A DNA stretch of 32,000 bases, from contig NZ_CP041730.1 of NCBI RefSeq assembly GCF_007431345.1, positions 163,651-195,650 on the forward strand, in the 5' to 3' direction. Of the stretch, positions 1-8,432 are shown piece by piece. A program made the position numbers and the translations under genes. Source of the DNA: Chitinimonas arctica (lineage in GTDB: Bacteria; Pseudomonadota; Gammaproteobacteria; Burkholderiales; Chitinimonadaceae). The notes under the pieces were generated by a model. That model saw only the letters and a list, made by a program, of their open reading frames with translations. It was not told where the DNA came from and searched no databases. How positions within the stretch are numbered: position 1 is the stretch's first letter; each line of letters begins with the position of its first letter.

Positions 1-1
1 A

Positions 2-181
2 CCCATCCTGGTGGTCACCGAATCGGCCGGTGCGCTCAACCTGGGCAGCGTGATCAATTTCGTGCAGGTGGATAACCGGATCCGCTTCGAAATATCGCGC
101 GGTATGGCGGAAAAGAACAGCCTGAAGCTGAGCGCGAGATTGCTGGCGGTGGCGCAGCAGATCCGGAACGAGGCGCCATAA
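2..181 (+). CDS. C-terminal end of a YfiR-like (DUF4154) periplasmic protein, 5'-truncated by the window edge
   Basis: The frame is open from the window edge. It translates to PILVVTESAGALNLGSVINFVQVDNRIRFEISRGMAEKNSLKLSARLLAVAQQIRNEAP*, which resembles the conserved C-terminal signature of YfiR/DUF4154 proteins (recalled, not searched). Stop TAA 179-181 overlaps the next ATG (TAATG). Confidence 0.6.
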   Translation, partial: PILVVTESAGALNLGSVINFVQVDNRIRFEISRGMAEKNSLKLSARLLAVAQQIRNEAP

Positions 182-2079
182 TGATGGATTTCGGGCGGAG
201 CTCCATCCGTTTCAAATTCCTCCTGACCGTGCTGGCCACCAATCTGGGTACGCTGATCGTGGCCGGCTCGGCGCTGGTCTATAACGATGCCCGCGAATAC
301 CGGCAGGGGCTGGTCAACGAGCTGACCACCCAGGCCGATATTCTCGGCCAGGCCAGTGCCTCGGCCCTGGAGTTCAACGACCCGAAGTTCGCCAACGAAA
401 ACCTTGCACTGCTACGCGCCAAGCCGGAAATCGTCGCCGCCGGCATCTATGCCGCCAAGGGCTCGCTATTCGCCAGCTATGCGCGTACCGGTGCCGGCGG
501 ATTCCCCGCCCTGCCGGAGCAGGATGGCATACGCATACACGACAAGGAGCTGCTACTGTTCAAGCGCATCGTGACCCAGCGCGAGATCATCGGCACCGTC
601 TACCTGCGCGCCCGCTATGACGTCCTGCAACGGATCATCGACTACTTCGGCATTCTCGGCGCGGTCACCCTGGTCAGCCTGATGGCGGGCATGCTGATCT
701 CGACCCGGCTGCAGACCTATATCAGCGCGCCCATCCTGTCGATCAGCAATGTTGCCAAGCAGGTGATGGAAAAGCGCGATTTCACCCTGAGGGCGAGCAA
801 GACGACGGATGACGAAATCGGCTACCTGGTCGATGCCTTCAACGATATGTTGGCCGAGATCGGCCGGCGGGCCGAAGCGATCGAGGTATCGCGGCAAGCG
901 CTGGAGCACGAAATCAACGAGCGTCGCGACGTGCAGAAAGCCTTGCATACCAGTGAACGGCGCAATCGCTCGCTGGTCGAGGCCGCTTCTTCGGTGATTT
1001 GGGTCAGCGACATCATGGGTAATTTCGTCGAGCCGCAACCCACCTGGGCCACCTATACCGGCCAGCAGGCGGGCGAGTATCACGAGCTGGGCTGGCGCTC
1101 CGCCTTCCACGCGGCCGACCAGGGCATGGTGGATCGCGCCTGGGCACTGGCAATCAATACACCGGCGCCGTTCGAGCTGGACGCACGGCTCTGGCATGCA
1201 CAATCCGAACGCTATCGGCAGGTATGCCTGCGCGCGGTCCCGCTGTTCGGTTCGGATGATGAAGTGATCGAATGGATAGGTACCGTCACCGATGTCGATG
1301 ACCGCCGTGCCGCCGAACAGGAGGTCAGGCAGCTGAATGCCCAGTTGGAGCAGCGCGTGGGTGACCGGACCAGGCAACTGGAGGAGGTCAATAAGGACCT
1401 GGAAAGTTTCAGCTACTCGGTTTCGCACGATCTGCGCGCGCCGGTGCGTGCGATAGGCGGTTTTTCCGCCATGCTGTGGCAGCACCATGCCGAAAACCTG
1501 AGCGATGAGGGACGGCGCCTGCTGGGCATCGTCCGCTCCGAAGCCAGCCGGATGGGCACGCTGATAGACGATCTGTTGGCCTTTTCGCGATTGGGCCGGC
1601 AGGCCATGCAGCTCGCGCCGCTGAATATGAAAGCCCTGGCCGGCGCGACTTTCGAGCGCTTGTGCGCGCAGCAGCAAGAGTCCCAGCCGAAGTTCCAGCT
1701 GGGTTCGCTGCCCGAATGCCGGGGCGATCGGGCCTTGATCACCCAGGTATGGGTCAACCTGTTGTCCAACGCGATCAAGTTCAGCTCCAAGCGGCCGCAA
1801 GCGTTGATCGAAGTGGGCGCGATCAGCGACGACGAGAAGCACACTTTTTTCGTCCGGGACAACGGAACCGGTTTCGACCCGGTCTACAAGGCCAAGCTAT
1901 TCGGCGTATTCCAGCGCCTGCACGACGCCGGCGACTTCCCCGGCACCGGTGTCGGGCTGGCGCTGGTGCAACGAATCATCAACCGACATGGCGGCGTGGT
2001 CTGGGCGGATAGTCAGCCCGACGAAGGCGCGACCTTCTATTTCACGCTGCCCAAGGAGGCATCCGATGGAAGAGTTTGA
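181..2079 (+). CDS. Sensor histidine kinase: TM, CHASE8-like periplasmic domain, TM, HAMP, PAS, HisKA, HATPase_c
   Basis: 632-aa ORF. Two hydrophobic segments (FKFLLTVLATNLGTLIVAGSALVY and YFGILGAVTLVSLMAGMLISTRL) flank a ~130-aa region with the CHASE8-like pattern SASALEFNDPKFANENLALLRAKPEIVAAGIYAAKGSLFASY. HAMP is indicated by DEIGYLVDAFNDMLAEI. The H-box is FSYSVSHDLRAPV. The ATPase boxes are N (LLSNAIKF), G1 (DNGTGF) and G2 (GTGVGLALV). Confidence 0.9.
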   Translation: MMDFGRSSIRFKFLLTVLATNLGTLIVAGSALVYNDAREYRQGLVNELTTQADILGQASASALEFNDPKFANENLALLRAKPEIVAAGIYAAKGSLFASYARTGAGGFPALPEQDGIRIHDKELLLFKRIVTQREIIGTVYLRARYDVLQRIIDYFGILGAVTLVSLMAGMLISTRLQTYISAPILSISNVAKQVMEKRDFTLRASKTTDDEIGYLVDAFNDMLAEIGRRAEAIEVSRQALEHEINERRDVQKALHTSERRNRSLVEAASSVIWVSDIMGNFVEPQPTWATYTGQQAGEYHELGWRSAFHAADQGMVDRAWALAINTPAPFELDARLWHAQSERYRQVCLRAVPLFGSDDEVIEWIGTVTDVDDRRAAEQEVRQLNAQLEQRVGDRTRQLEEVNKDLESFSYSVSHDLRAPVRAIGGFSAMLWQHHAENLSDEGRRLLGIVRSEASRMGTLIDDLLAFSRLGRQAMQLAPLNMKALAGATFERLCAQQQESQPKFQLGSLPECRGDRALITQVWVNLLSNAIKFSSKRPQALIEVGAISDDEKHTFFVRDNGTGFDPVYKAKLFGVFQRLHDAGDFPGTGVGLALVQRIINRHGGVVWADSQPDEGATFYFTLPKEASDGRV

Positions 2080-2512
2080 ACAGATCCATATTCTGTTGGT
2101 GGAAGACAACCCACTGGATGCCGAATTGACGATGTATGGCCTGCGCGGCGGCAATATCTCGAACATGATTACCTGGGTGAAGGACGGCAAGGAGGCGCTG
2201 GACTACATTTTTCGTCGCGGCACCTATAGCGACCGCGAGTTGGCGCCCCCCGGGCTGATCCTGCTGGATCTGAAGATGCCCCATGTGGACGGTACAGAAG
2301 TACTGGCGGCGGTGAAGTCGGACGAAACCACCCGGCGCATCCCGGTCGTGGTGATGACTTCCTCGCGCGAGGAGTGCGACATGGTCAAGAGCTATGACCT
2401 CGGCGCCAACAGCTACGTGGTCAAGCCGGTGGATTTCGATGGCATCAGCGATATCGCGAAACAGGCCGGTTTTTATTGGCTAGTCGTCAACCGTACACCG
2501 CACAGCACCTGA
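2066..2512 (+). CDS. Single-domain response regulator (CheY-like receiver)
   Basis: ATG at 2066 is preceded by AAGGAGG (2053-2059). The protein MEEFEQIHILLVEDNPLDAELT...LILLDLKMPHVDG...SYVVKP carries the receiver DD/D/K signature. It overlaps the kinase stop by 14 nt. The track ORF start at 1949 lies inside the kinase gene and was rejected. Confidence 0.9.
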   Translation: MEEFEQIHILLVEDNPLDAELTMYGLRGGNISNMITWVKDGKEALDYIFRRGTYSDRELAPPGLILLDLKMPHVDGTEVLAAVKSDETTRRIPVVVMTSSREECDMVKSYDLGANSYVVKPVDFDGISDIAKQAGFYWLVVNRTPHST

Positions 2513-2521
2513 TCGAGCGAA

Positions 2522-5014
2522 ATGGAACAATTTCCCATCAAGATCCTTCTGCTAGAGGACGTCCAGCTGGACGTCGAGATGGCCTGTGACGCGCTGACGG
2601 TGGCTGGCTTGGTCTTCGAAACCCGCCACGTCATGCTGGAAGGGGATTTCCGTGCCGCCCTGCTGGAAAAATGGCCGGATATCATCATCGCCGACTATTC
2701 GCTGCCCCATTTCGACGGCTATACCGCCCTGCTGCTGCGGCGGGAATTGGCGCCGGATGTGCCCTTCGTCTATTTCACTGGCTCGCTGGGAGAAGAGCGC
2801 GCCGTCGAGACCTTGCGCGCGGGCGCGACCGACTATGTGCTCAAGCATAGCCTGCAGCGCCTGCCCATGGCCGTCCTGCGCGCCCTGGCCGAAGCCGACG
2901 CCATGCGCGACCAGGCCCGCGCGCGGCGCGAGCTGGACAACGAACGACAGCTGCTGGGCGCGGTTCTGGCCACCGCCGGCGCCCTGATCGTCGTACTGGA
3001 TCGCAATGGCCGCATCATGCAGATCAATCCCTCGGCGGAGCGCAGCATAGGCCAGAGCAAGGTGGATGCGATAGGCAAGGAATTCCGCCAGCTGTTCGCC
3101 TCGGTGGGCGAGAGCGAATGGGTCGGCAGCCAGCTGGACCGGCTGGAAGAACATGAGCGCAGCGATAGCAACTATGTCTCCTGGCGCAGCACCGTCGGCC
3201 ATCTATCGGTACAGTGGTCGGCCGGCCGCTTGCCGGGCAGCCAGGCGGAGTACGCGGTACTGGCCGGCATCGATGTGACCGAACAGGAAATCGCCGAACA
3301 GCAGGCCTACTTCCTCCGCCACTACGACAGCCTCACCGGCCTGCCCAACCGGGCCTTGCTGGAACGCCGGCTGGATCAATTCCAGCCTACCGAAGGTGGC
3401 AATCTGCTGGCCCTGATCCTGATCGGCGTCGAGCGCCTGGCCGACGTGCGCGATAGCCTGGGCGTGGCCACCGGCGACCTGCTGCTGCGCGAGATATCGC
3501 GCCGGCTGGGCAGCTGGCAGCAGGCCGGCGATTGGCTAGCGCGGGTGGGCGACAATAACTTCGCCTTGATGCTGGAAGTCAGCGACGAAGTGGAACTGAT
3601 CAATCAATTGCGCCACCTGCTGGAGCAGCTACGCAAACCCCATCGCCTGGATGACCGCGAGTTCTTCCTGCCGGCTTATCTGGGCGTGGTGGTGCACAAC
3701 AACGAGGAACACGATCCGGCCGGGTCCTTGCAAGCCGCCGAGGCAGCCCTGCATCGCGCCATCCTCGACCAGGGCGAGGGGTATCAGCTCTACCAATCCA
3801 CCTTGTCGAACGAAGCGGCCGAGAGGCTGATACTGGAAGGCGAATTGCGCCTGGCCTTGCAGGGCGAAGGCCAGCTGGTCCTGCACTACCAGCCGCAGGC
3901 GGACCTCGGCAGCGGCAAGGTGGTTGGCCTGGAAGCCCTGGTACGCTGGAACCATCCGCGCCTGGGCCTGGTCCCGCCGGCCCAGTTCATTCCCCTGGCC
4001 GAATCGTGCGGCTTGATCATCAAGTTGGGCGAGCAGGTTTTGCGCATGGCCTGCCACCAGGCGGCTGCCTGGCAACGGGCCGGCCTGCCGCCCGTCACGG
4101 TGGCCGTCAACCTCGCCGCAGCCCAATGGTCGCAAAGCAATCTGCTGGCCATCGTCAAATCCGCCCTGGCGGAAAGCGGACTCGATCCGCAATGGCTGGA
4201 GTTGGAACTGACCGAATCCACCTCCATGCACGACCCCAGCGCGACCATCAAGGTGATGGCGAATCTGCGCGCCATGGGCGTGCATATGTCGATCGACGAT
4301 TTCGGCACCGGCTACTGCAATCTGAACTACCTGAAGCGCTTCCCGGTGGACAAGCTGAAGATCGACCGCAGCTTTGTCATGGAGATCACCACCGACCCGG
4401 ATGATCTGGCCATTTCCCGCACCGTGGTCGCCATCGCTCACCAGCTTCGGCTGGAAGTGGTGGCCGAAGGCGTGGAAACCGAAGGACAACTGGCCTTGCT
4501 GGCCGACGCGGGGTGCGATCTGATTCAAGGTTACTTCTTCAGCCGGCCGCTTGCCGTGGAGGCTTGCACCGCCTTGCTGAGCGCCGGCACCACCCTGTCC
4601 GCCGGGCGGCGCCAGCGCTACAACCGCACCCTGCTGATGGTGGACGACGAGAGCAATATCCTGGCCTCGCTCCGTCGCCTGCTGCGCGGTAGCGGCTACC
4701 AGCTGTTGACCACCAACAGCCCGTTGGAAGCCTTTGAATTGCTGGCAACCCACGAGGTTGGCGTGATCGTGGCGGACCAGCGCATGCCGGAACTGAATGG
4801 CACCGAGTTGTTGAACCGGGTCAAGGATATGTATCCGGGCACGGTGCGCATGATCCTGTCGGGCTACACCGACCTGCAAACCGTGACCGACGCCGTCAAT
4901 CGCGGCGCGATCTACAAGTTCCTGACCAAGCCCTGGGAGGACGATGCCCTGCTGGCTGTGCTGGAGGAAGCGTTCAGCAAGTACGAGCTGGATCGGAATG
5001 TCGCGGTCAGATAG
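2522..5014 (+). CDS. Dual-receiver c-di-GMP protein: REC-PAS-GGDEF(degenerate)-EAL-REC, predicted phosphodiesterase
   Basis: 830-aa ORF. The N-terminal receiver is KILLLEDVQLD...IIIADYSLPHFDG...DYVLK. A PAS-like segment (VVLDRNGRIMQINPSAERSIG) follows. The GGDEF-fold region has GDNNF (3548-3562) in place of GGDEF. The EAL domain has EALVRW, ELELTES, DDFGTGY, KIDRSF, EGVET and QGYFFSRP intact. The C-terminal receiver is LLMVDDESN...IVADQRMPELNG...YKFLTKPW. Confidence 0.9.
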   Translation: MEQFPIKILLLEDVQLDVEMACDALTVAGLVFETRHVMLEGDFRAALLEKWPDIIIADYSLPHFDGYTALLLRRELAPDVPFVYFTGSLGEERAVETLRAGATDYVLKHSLQRLPMAVLRALAEADAMRDQARARRELDNERQLLGAVLATAGALIVVLDRNGRIMQINPSAERSIGQSKVDAIGKEFRQLFASVGESEWVGSQLDRLEEHERSDSNYVSWRSTVGHLSVQWSAGRLPGSQAEYAVLAGIDVTEQEIAEQQAYFLRHYDSLTGLPNRALLERRLDQFQPTEGGNLLALILIGVERLADVRDSLGVATGDLLLREISRRLGSWQQAGDWLARVGDNNFALMLEVSDEVELINQLRHLLEQLRKPHRLDDREFFLPAYLGVVVHNNEEHDPAGSLQAAEAALHRAILDQGEGYQLYQSTLSNEAAERLILEGELRLALQGEGQLVLHYQPQADLGSGKVVGLEALVRWNHPRLGLVPPAQFIPLAESCGLIIKLGEQVLRMACHQAAAWQRAGLPPVTVAVNLAAAQWSQSNLLAIVKSALAESGLDPQWLELELTESTSMHDPSATIKVMANLRAMGVHMSIDDFGTGYCNLNYLKRFPVDKLKIDRSFVMEITTDPDDLAISRTVVAIAHQLRLEVVAEGVETEGQLALLADAGCDLIQGYFFSRPLAVEACTALLSAGTTLSAGRRQRYNRTLLMVDDESNILASLRRLLRGSGYQLLTTNSPLEAFELLATHEVGVIVADQRMPELNGTELLNRVKDMYPGTVRMILSGYTDLQTVTDAVNRGAIYKFLTKPWEDDALLAVLEEAFSKYELDRNVAVR

Positions 5015-5834
5015 CCGCAGGGTGTGACGGGTTCAGCAAGCGCCCTATCATCGCCTTCACGGCTTCCGCGGCCTTGGCGGGCTGCTCGAACGGAAAGTGA
5101 TGTCCGCCCGCGAACTGCTCCAGCACGATGCCGAAATGCTGCCGCATATGCTTGAGGTCCGACGACCGCACATAATTCGAATCGCTGCCGCCGATAAAGC
5201 CGGTCGGTACCCGTAGCCGGCCGCGCTGGGCCGGAAAGGTATGGGGGATGGCGCAGTAGATGTCGTATTCCACTTGCGGACGGAATTTCAGGCTGACGCC
5301 CGCGCCGCTCGGTTCCGTACCGGCCTCCACGTAGTCGCGCAGGCAGCTGGGATCGAAGCCGCGGAACATGCCCCGCTCATGGAAGTGCCGGTAGGCCTCT
5401 TCCACATCGGCCCAGTCCCGGCGGCGGTTCAATGTGCCCCGTCCTGGCGTCAGGCGTTCGATGTAGCCCAGCCGCTTGCCCAGCCACAGCATGCTCGATA
5501 CCGGCCGGCCGAAGATGGGTGAATCGAGCAGCACCACCGCGCGGAACAGCTCGGGCCGTTCCAGTGCGCACATAAAGGACAGGAATCCGCCCAGCGAGTG
5601 CCCCACCGCGATGACCGGCTCGGTGTAGCGCTGCTCGATATACGCCAGCGACTCCGCCACCAGATTGGGCCAACCGTCGCTTACCGGATAGCGCGGGTCG
5701 TGTCCCAGCATATTTACGTAGCCGACATCGTAGTCGGCTTGAAAATGGCCAAGAAATTGCCGGTAGCTTTCAGCGGTGAAGCTGTTGGCATGGGAGAAAT
5801 GCAGGGCGGCTTTTTGTGTAGGCATGACTACCAA
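5007..5834 (-). CDS. Alpha/beta-fold hydrolase
   Basis: 275-aa ORF with the nucleophile elbow VGHSLGG and a C-terminal GGHHFPFEQP histidine region. It is convergent with the upstream gene, and the two overlap by 8 nt (5007-5014). Confidence 0.8.
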   Translation of the reverse strand: MVVMPTQKAALHFSHANSFTAESYRQFLGHFQADYDVGYVNMLGHDPRYPVSDGWPNLVAESLAYIEQRYTEPVIAVGHSLGGFLSFMCALERPELFRAVVLLDSPIFGRPVSSMLWLGKRLGYIERLTPGRGTLNRRRDWADVEEAYRHFHERGMFRGFDPSCLRDYVEAGTEPSGAGVSLKFRPQVEYDIYCAIPHTFPAQRGRLRVPTGFIGGSDSNYVRSSDLKHMRQHFGIVLEQFAGGHHFPFEQPAKAAEAVKAMIGRLLNPSHPAAI

Positions 5835-5967
5835 GCGATTGCTCGAATTTATGCTGCATCATAGTCCTTTTATATGCGGGAATCCAAGGGCGCCAAGTCT
5901 TTATCGTCCACCCGTCTGCTATACATAGTGCTGGGTAAGCTCTGAAAACGTCACCGAACCCACCGCC

Positions 5968-8376
5968 TTGACGACGCTACTTCGACGTATACCGATCAGC
6001 CTTTACTACATCGTGGTCGCGACGGCCTGGATCGGCTTGTCCGATCGTCTGCTGCTGACTTGGATCAGCTCCCCCGACTGGCTTGCCCACTGGCAGACCG
6101 TAAAAGGCGTGATCTTCGTGCTGGCCACGGGCGCCGCCTTGCATATGGTGTTGCGGCATAGCCAGCGCAGGCAGACCTTGGCGCGCCGTCGCATCCAGAA
6201 TCTGAACGGCTTCTACAACGCCATCTCCAAGGTGGCGGATGCGGCCATGCGGGCAGACCAAAGCGGGCCGCTGTACAAGGCGGTTTGCGAGGCGGTCGTC
6301 GATAATCCCGGCATCCTCGTCAGCGCGGTCGCGCTGATCGAACCGGACGGAATGAGTATTCGCAGCCACTATGCGCTGGGTCCCGCCGCCGATCTTTACG
6401 ACCAGCCCTTGTCCCTGGATCCGACCCACGAGAATGCCGCTTCGGTGTCCTTGCGCGCGATCCAGACACGCAAGCCCTGCATCTGCAACGATATCCGGCA
6501 CGAGCCCGGTTTCGAGATCTGGCATGCGCAATACCTTTCGCGCCATATCAATGCCTTCGCCGCCTTCCCCGTCTTCGAGGAAGGCCAGCTGGTGGGGACC
6601 TTGACGGTCGCGAGCCGCCACCGCGACTATTTCAATATCGAGCTGGTGGAGCTATTGGAACGCCTGGCCGATGTCGTGTCCTTCGGCCAGGGCCATCTGC
6701 GCCGGCTCAAACGGCTGCGCTTGATGGATAGGCTGATCGAACGGGCCAACGATGGGGTGATCGTTACCGATCGCGAAGGCGTGATCCTGGCGGTCAATGC
6801 ACGTTTCTGCCAGGTCAGCGGCTATGAATCGCACGAACTGCTGGGGCAAACCACCCGCTTGCTGCATTCGGCGCGGCAAGGTCCCAATTTTTTCCGCGAT
6901 ATGTGGCAGCGTCTGCTCCAGCAAGGCCATTGGCGCGGGCAGATCTGGAACCGGCGCAAGGGTGGCGATATCCATCCCGAATGGCTGACCATCTCCGCCG
7001 TACTGGATGAACAGGGCCAAACCGAACATTACCTGGCGGTCTATAGCGATCTCAGCGAGCGGATGGAGGCCGAGTTGCGCATACGCGAACTCAGCTCGCT
7101 CGATACCTTGACCGGCGTACTGAACGCGGAAGTCTTTCGCGCCAGGCTGGCCGAACACCTGCAAAAAACCCGCAAGAACCGGCGGCGCGCCCTGGTGGCG
7201 GTATTGAACCTGAACCGCTTGCGCGTCATCAACCAGGCCTACGGGCGGGAAAAGGGCGACCGCATTCTCAGCGAAATCGGCGAACGCCTGCGCGCACTCA
7301 ATCTACCGGATGCCTTGATCGGGCGTTTGGGTGGCGATGAGTTCGGTATCGCCGTGGGCGGCCTGAATACGCTGGAGGACGTGATGCGCCACGCCCGGCG
7401 CATCGGCAGCAGCTTCAACGCCCTGTTTGCCCTGGATGCCGATACCCTGCTGATACGCCCCAGCATCGGCGCCGTCTGCTTTCCCGAACATGGCGACGAC
7501 ACGGTCACCGTATTGGCGAACGCCACCGCCGCCGTGCAGCGCTGCAAGCGCGAGGGCCTGGATACGGTGCGGCTTTACACGCCGGATCTGTCGCATGAAG
7601 TCAGCGCCCCTTTCGAACTGGAGCAGGATCTGCGCCGCGCCATCGATAATGGCGAACTATGGCTGGCCTTCCAGCCCCAGCTACGCATCAGCGACGGCAC
7701 GCCGATCGGCATGGAAACCCTGCTGCGCTGGGATCATCCCACCCTGGGCGCCATATCGCCGGCCAAGTTCATCCCCGTCGCCGAAGAGTCCGGCCTGATC
7801 CTGCCCATCGGTGAGTGGATACTGTTCGAGGCCTGTCGCCATGCCGCCAAGTGGAACCGCGGCCGGGAACAGGCGCTGCGGGTGGCGGTCAATGTCTCCG
7901 CCGTGCAATTCCAGCGCCAGAATTGGCCACGGCTGGTGGAAAAGGCCTTGCTCGCCAGCGAGCTGGCGCCGGGCTGCCTGGAGCTGGAAGTGACCGAAAG
8001 CGTGGTGATGCAGCATATCGACGCGGTGGCCATGCGCTTGCGCGCGCTCAAGGCCCTGGGGGTGCAGCTGGCCATCGATGACTTCGGTACCGGCTACTCC
8101 TCCCTGGCCTACCTGAAGCGGCTGCCCATCGACCGGCTGAAGATCGACCAGAGCTTCGTGCGTGGCCTGCCGGGCGATGCCGGCGACGCGGCGATCGCCC
8201 GTGCCATCTGCGGCCTGGCCGTCAGCCTGGATTTCGAGACCATCGCGGAAGGGGTGGAAACCGCCGAACAGGCCGCCGCCCTCCTGGCCATGGGCTGTCC
8301 GGAAGCACAGGGCTGGCACTACGCCCGCGCCATGCCGGCGGCCGAATTCGAGCAGTGGTTGCACAAACACGGTTGA
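5968..8376 (+). CDS. Membrane-anchored GAF-PAS-GGDEF-EAL signalling protein
   Basis: 802-aa ORF with a TTG start at 5968, as given in the track. There are two N-terminal hydrophobic helices, a GAF-like block (ending FPVFEEGQLVGTLTVASRH) and a PAS (GVIVTDREGVILAVNARFCQVSGY). The GGDEF motif is intact (RLGGDEFGIAV). The EAL domain has ETLLRW, ELEVTES, DDFGTGY, KIDQSF, EGVET and QGWHYARP. Confidence 0.85.
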   Translation: MTTLLRRIPISLYYIVVATAWIGLSDRLLLTWISSPDWLAHWQTVKGVIFVLATGAALHMVLRHSQRRQTLARRRIQNLNGFYNAISKVADAAMRADQSGPLYKAVCEAVVDNPGILVSAVALIEPDGMSIRSHYALGPAADLYDQPLSLDPTHENAASVSLRAIQTRKPCICNDIRHEPGFEIWHAQYLSRHINAFAAFPVFEEGQLVGTLTVASRHRDYFNIELVELLERLADVVSFGQGHLRRLKRLRLMDRLIERANDGVIVTDREGVILAVNARFCQVSGYESHELLGQTTRLLHSARQGPNFFRDMWQRLLQQGHWRGQIWNRRKGGDIHPEWLTISAVLDEQGQTEHYLAVYSDLSERMEAELRIRELSSLDTLTGVLNAEVFRARLAEHLQKTRKNRRRALVAVLNLNRLRVINQAYGREKGDRILSEIGERLRALNLPDALIGRLGGDEFGIAVGGLNTLEDVMRHARRIGSSFNALFALDADTLLIRPSIGAVCFPEHGDDTVTVLANATAAVQRCKREGLDTVRLYTPDLSHEVSAPFELEQDLRRAIDNGELWLAFQPQLRISDGTPIGMETLLRWDHPTLGAISPAKFIPVAEESGLILPIGEWILFEACRHAAKWNRGREQALRVAVNVSAVQFQRQNWPRLVEKALLASELAPGCLELEVTESVVMQHIDAVAMRLRALKALGVQLAIDDFGTGYSSLAYLKRLPIDRLKIDQSFVRGLPGDAGDAAIARAICGLAVSLDFETIAEGVETAEQAAALLAMGCPEAQGWHYARAMPAAEFEQWLHKHG

Positions 8377-8392
8377 GTGATCCACCGGGCGT

Positions 8393-8398
8393 ATAATC
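8393..8398 (+). promoter_or_regulatory. Candidate -10 hexamer upstream of mfd
   Basis: A perfect TATAAT sits 35 nt upstream of the mfd ATG. The only -35-like hexamer (TTGAGT 8373-8378) gives a 14-nt spacer, which is suboptimal. Confidence 0.3.
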
Positions 8399-8432
8399 GG
8401 CGGCCTCGCAAGCTCCTGCCAGCCAAAAGATC

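Noticed and set aside
553-1842. Long antisense ORFs throughout the high-GC genes. Examples: 553..1842 -, 2552..3202 -, 3629..4879 -, 5977..6621 -, 7681..8385 -, 8319..9407 -, 9783..11132 -, 11133..11783 -, 12742..14082 -, 15090..15890 -, 21192..22385 +, 22405..23406 +.
   Set aside because: Each lies wholly opposite a gene with strong motif support (kinase, EAL, Mfd, PhoH, GspE, GspF). Their translations are low-complexity and rich in Arg, Ala, Gly and Pro, with no motifs. This is the typical stop-codon-poor shadow frame of GC-rich DNA.
1949-2065. N-terminal extension of the response-regulator ORF (track start 1949).
   Set aside because: It lies inside the kinase coding region. ATG 2066 has a strong AAGGAGG RBS, and the receiver domain begins there.
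5007-5014. 8-nt overlap of convergent stop regions (the EAL protein and the hydrolase).
   Set aside because: This is a real overlap but a trivial case of tail-to-tail gene packing. No structure or regulatory signal is evident.
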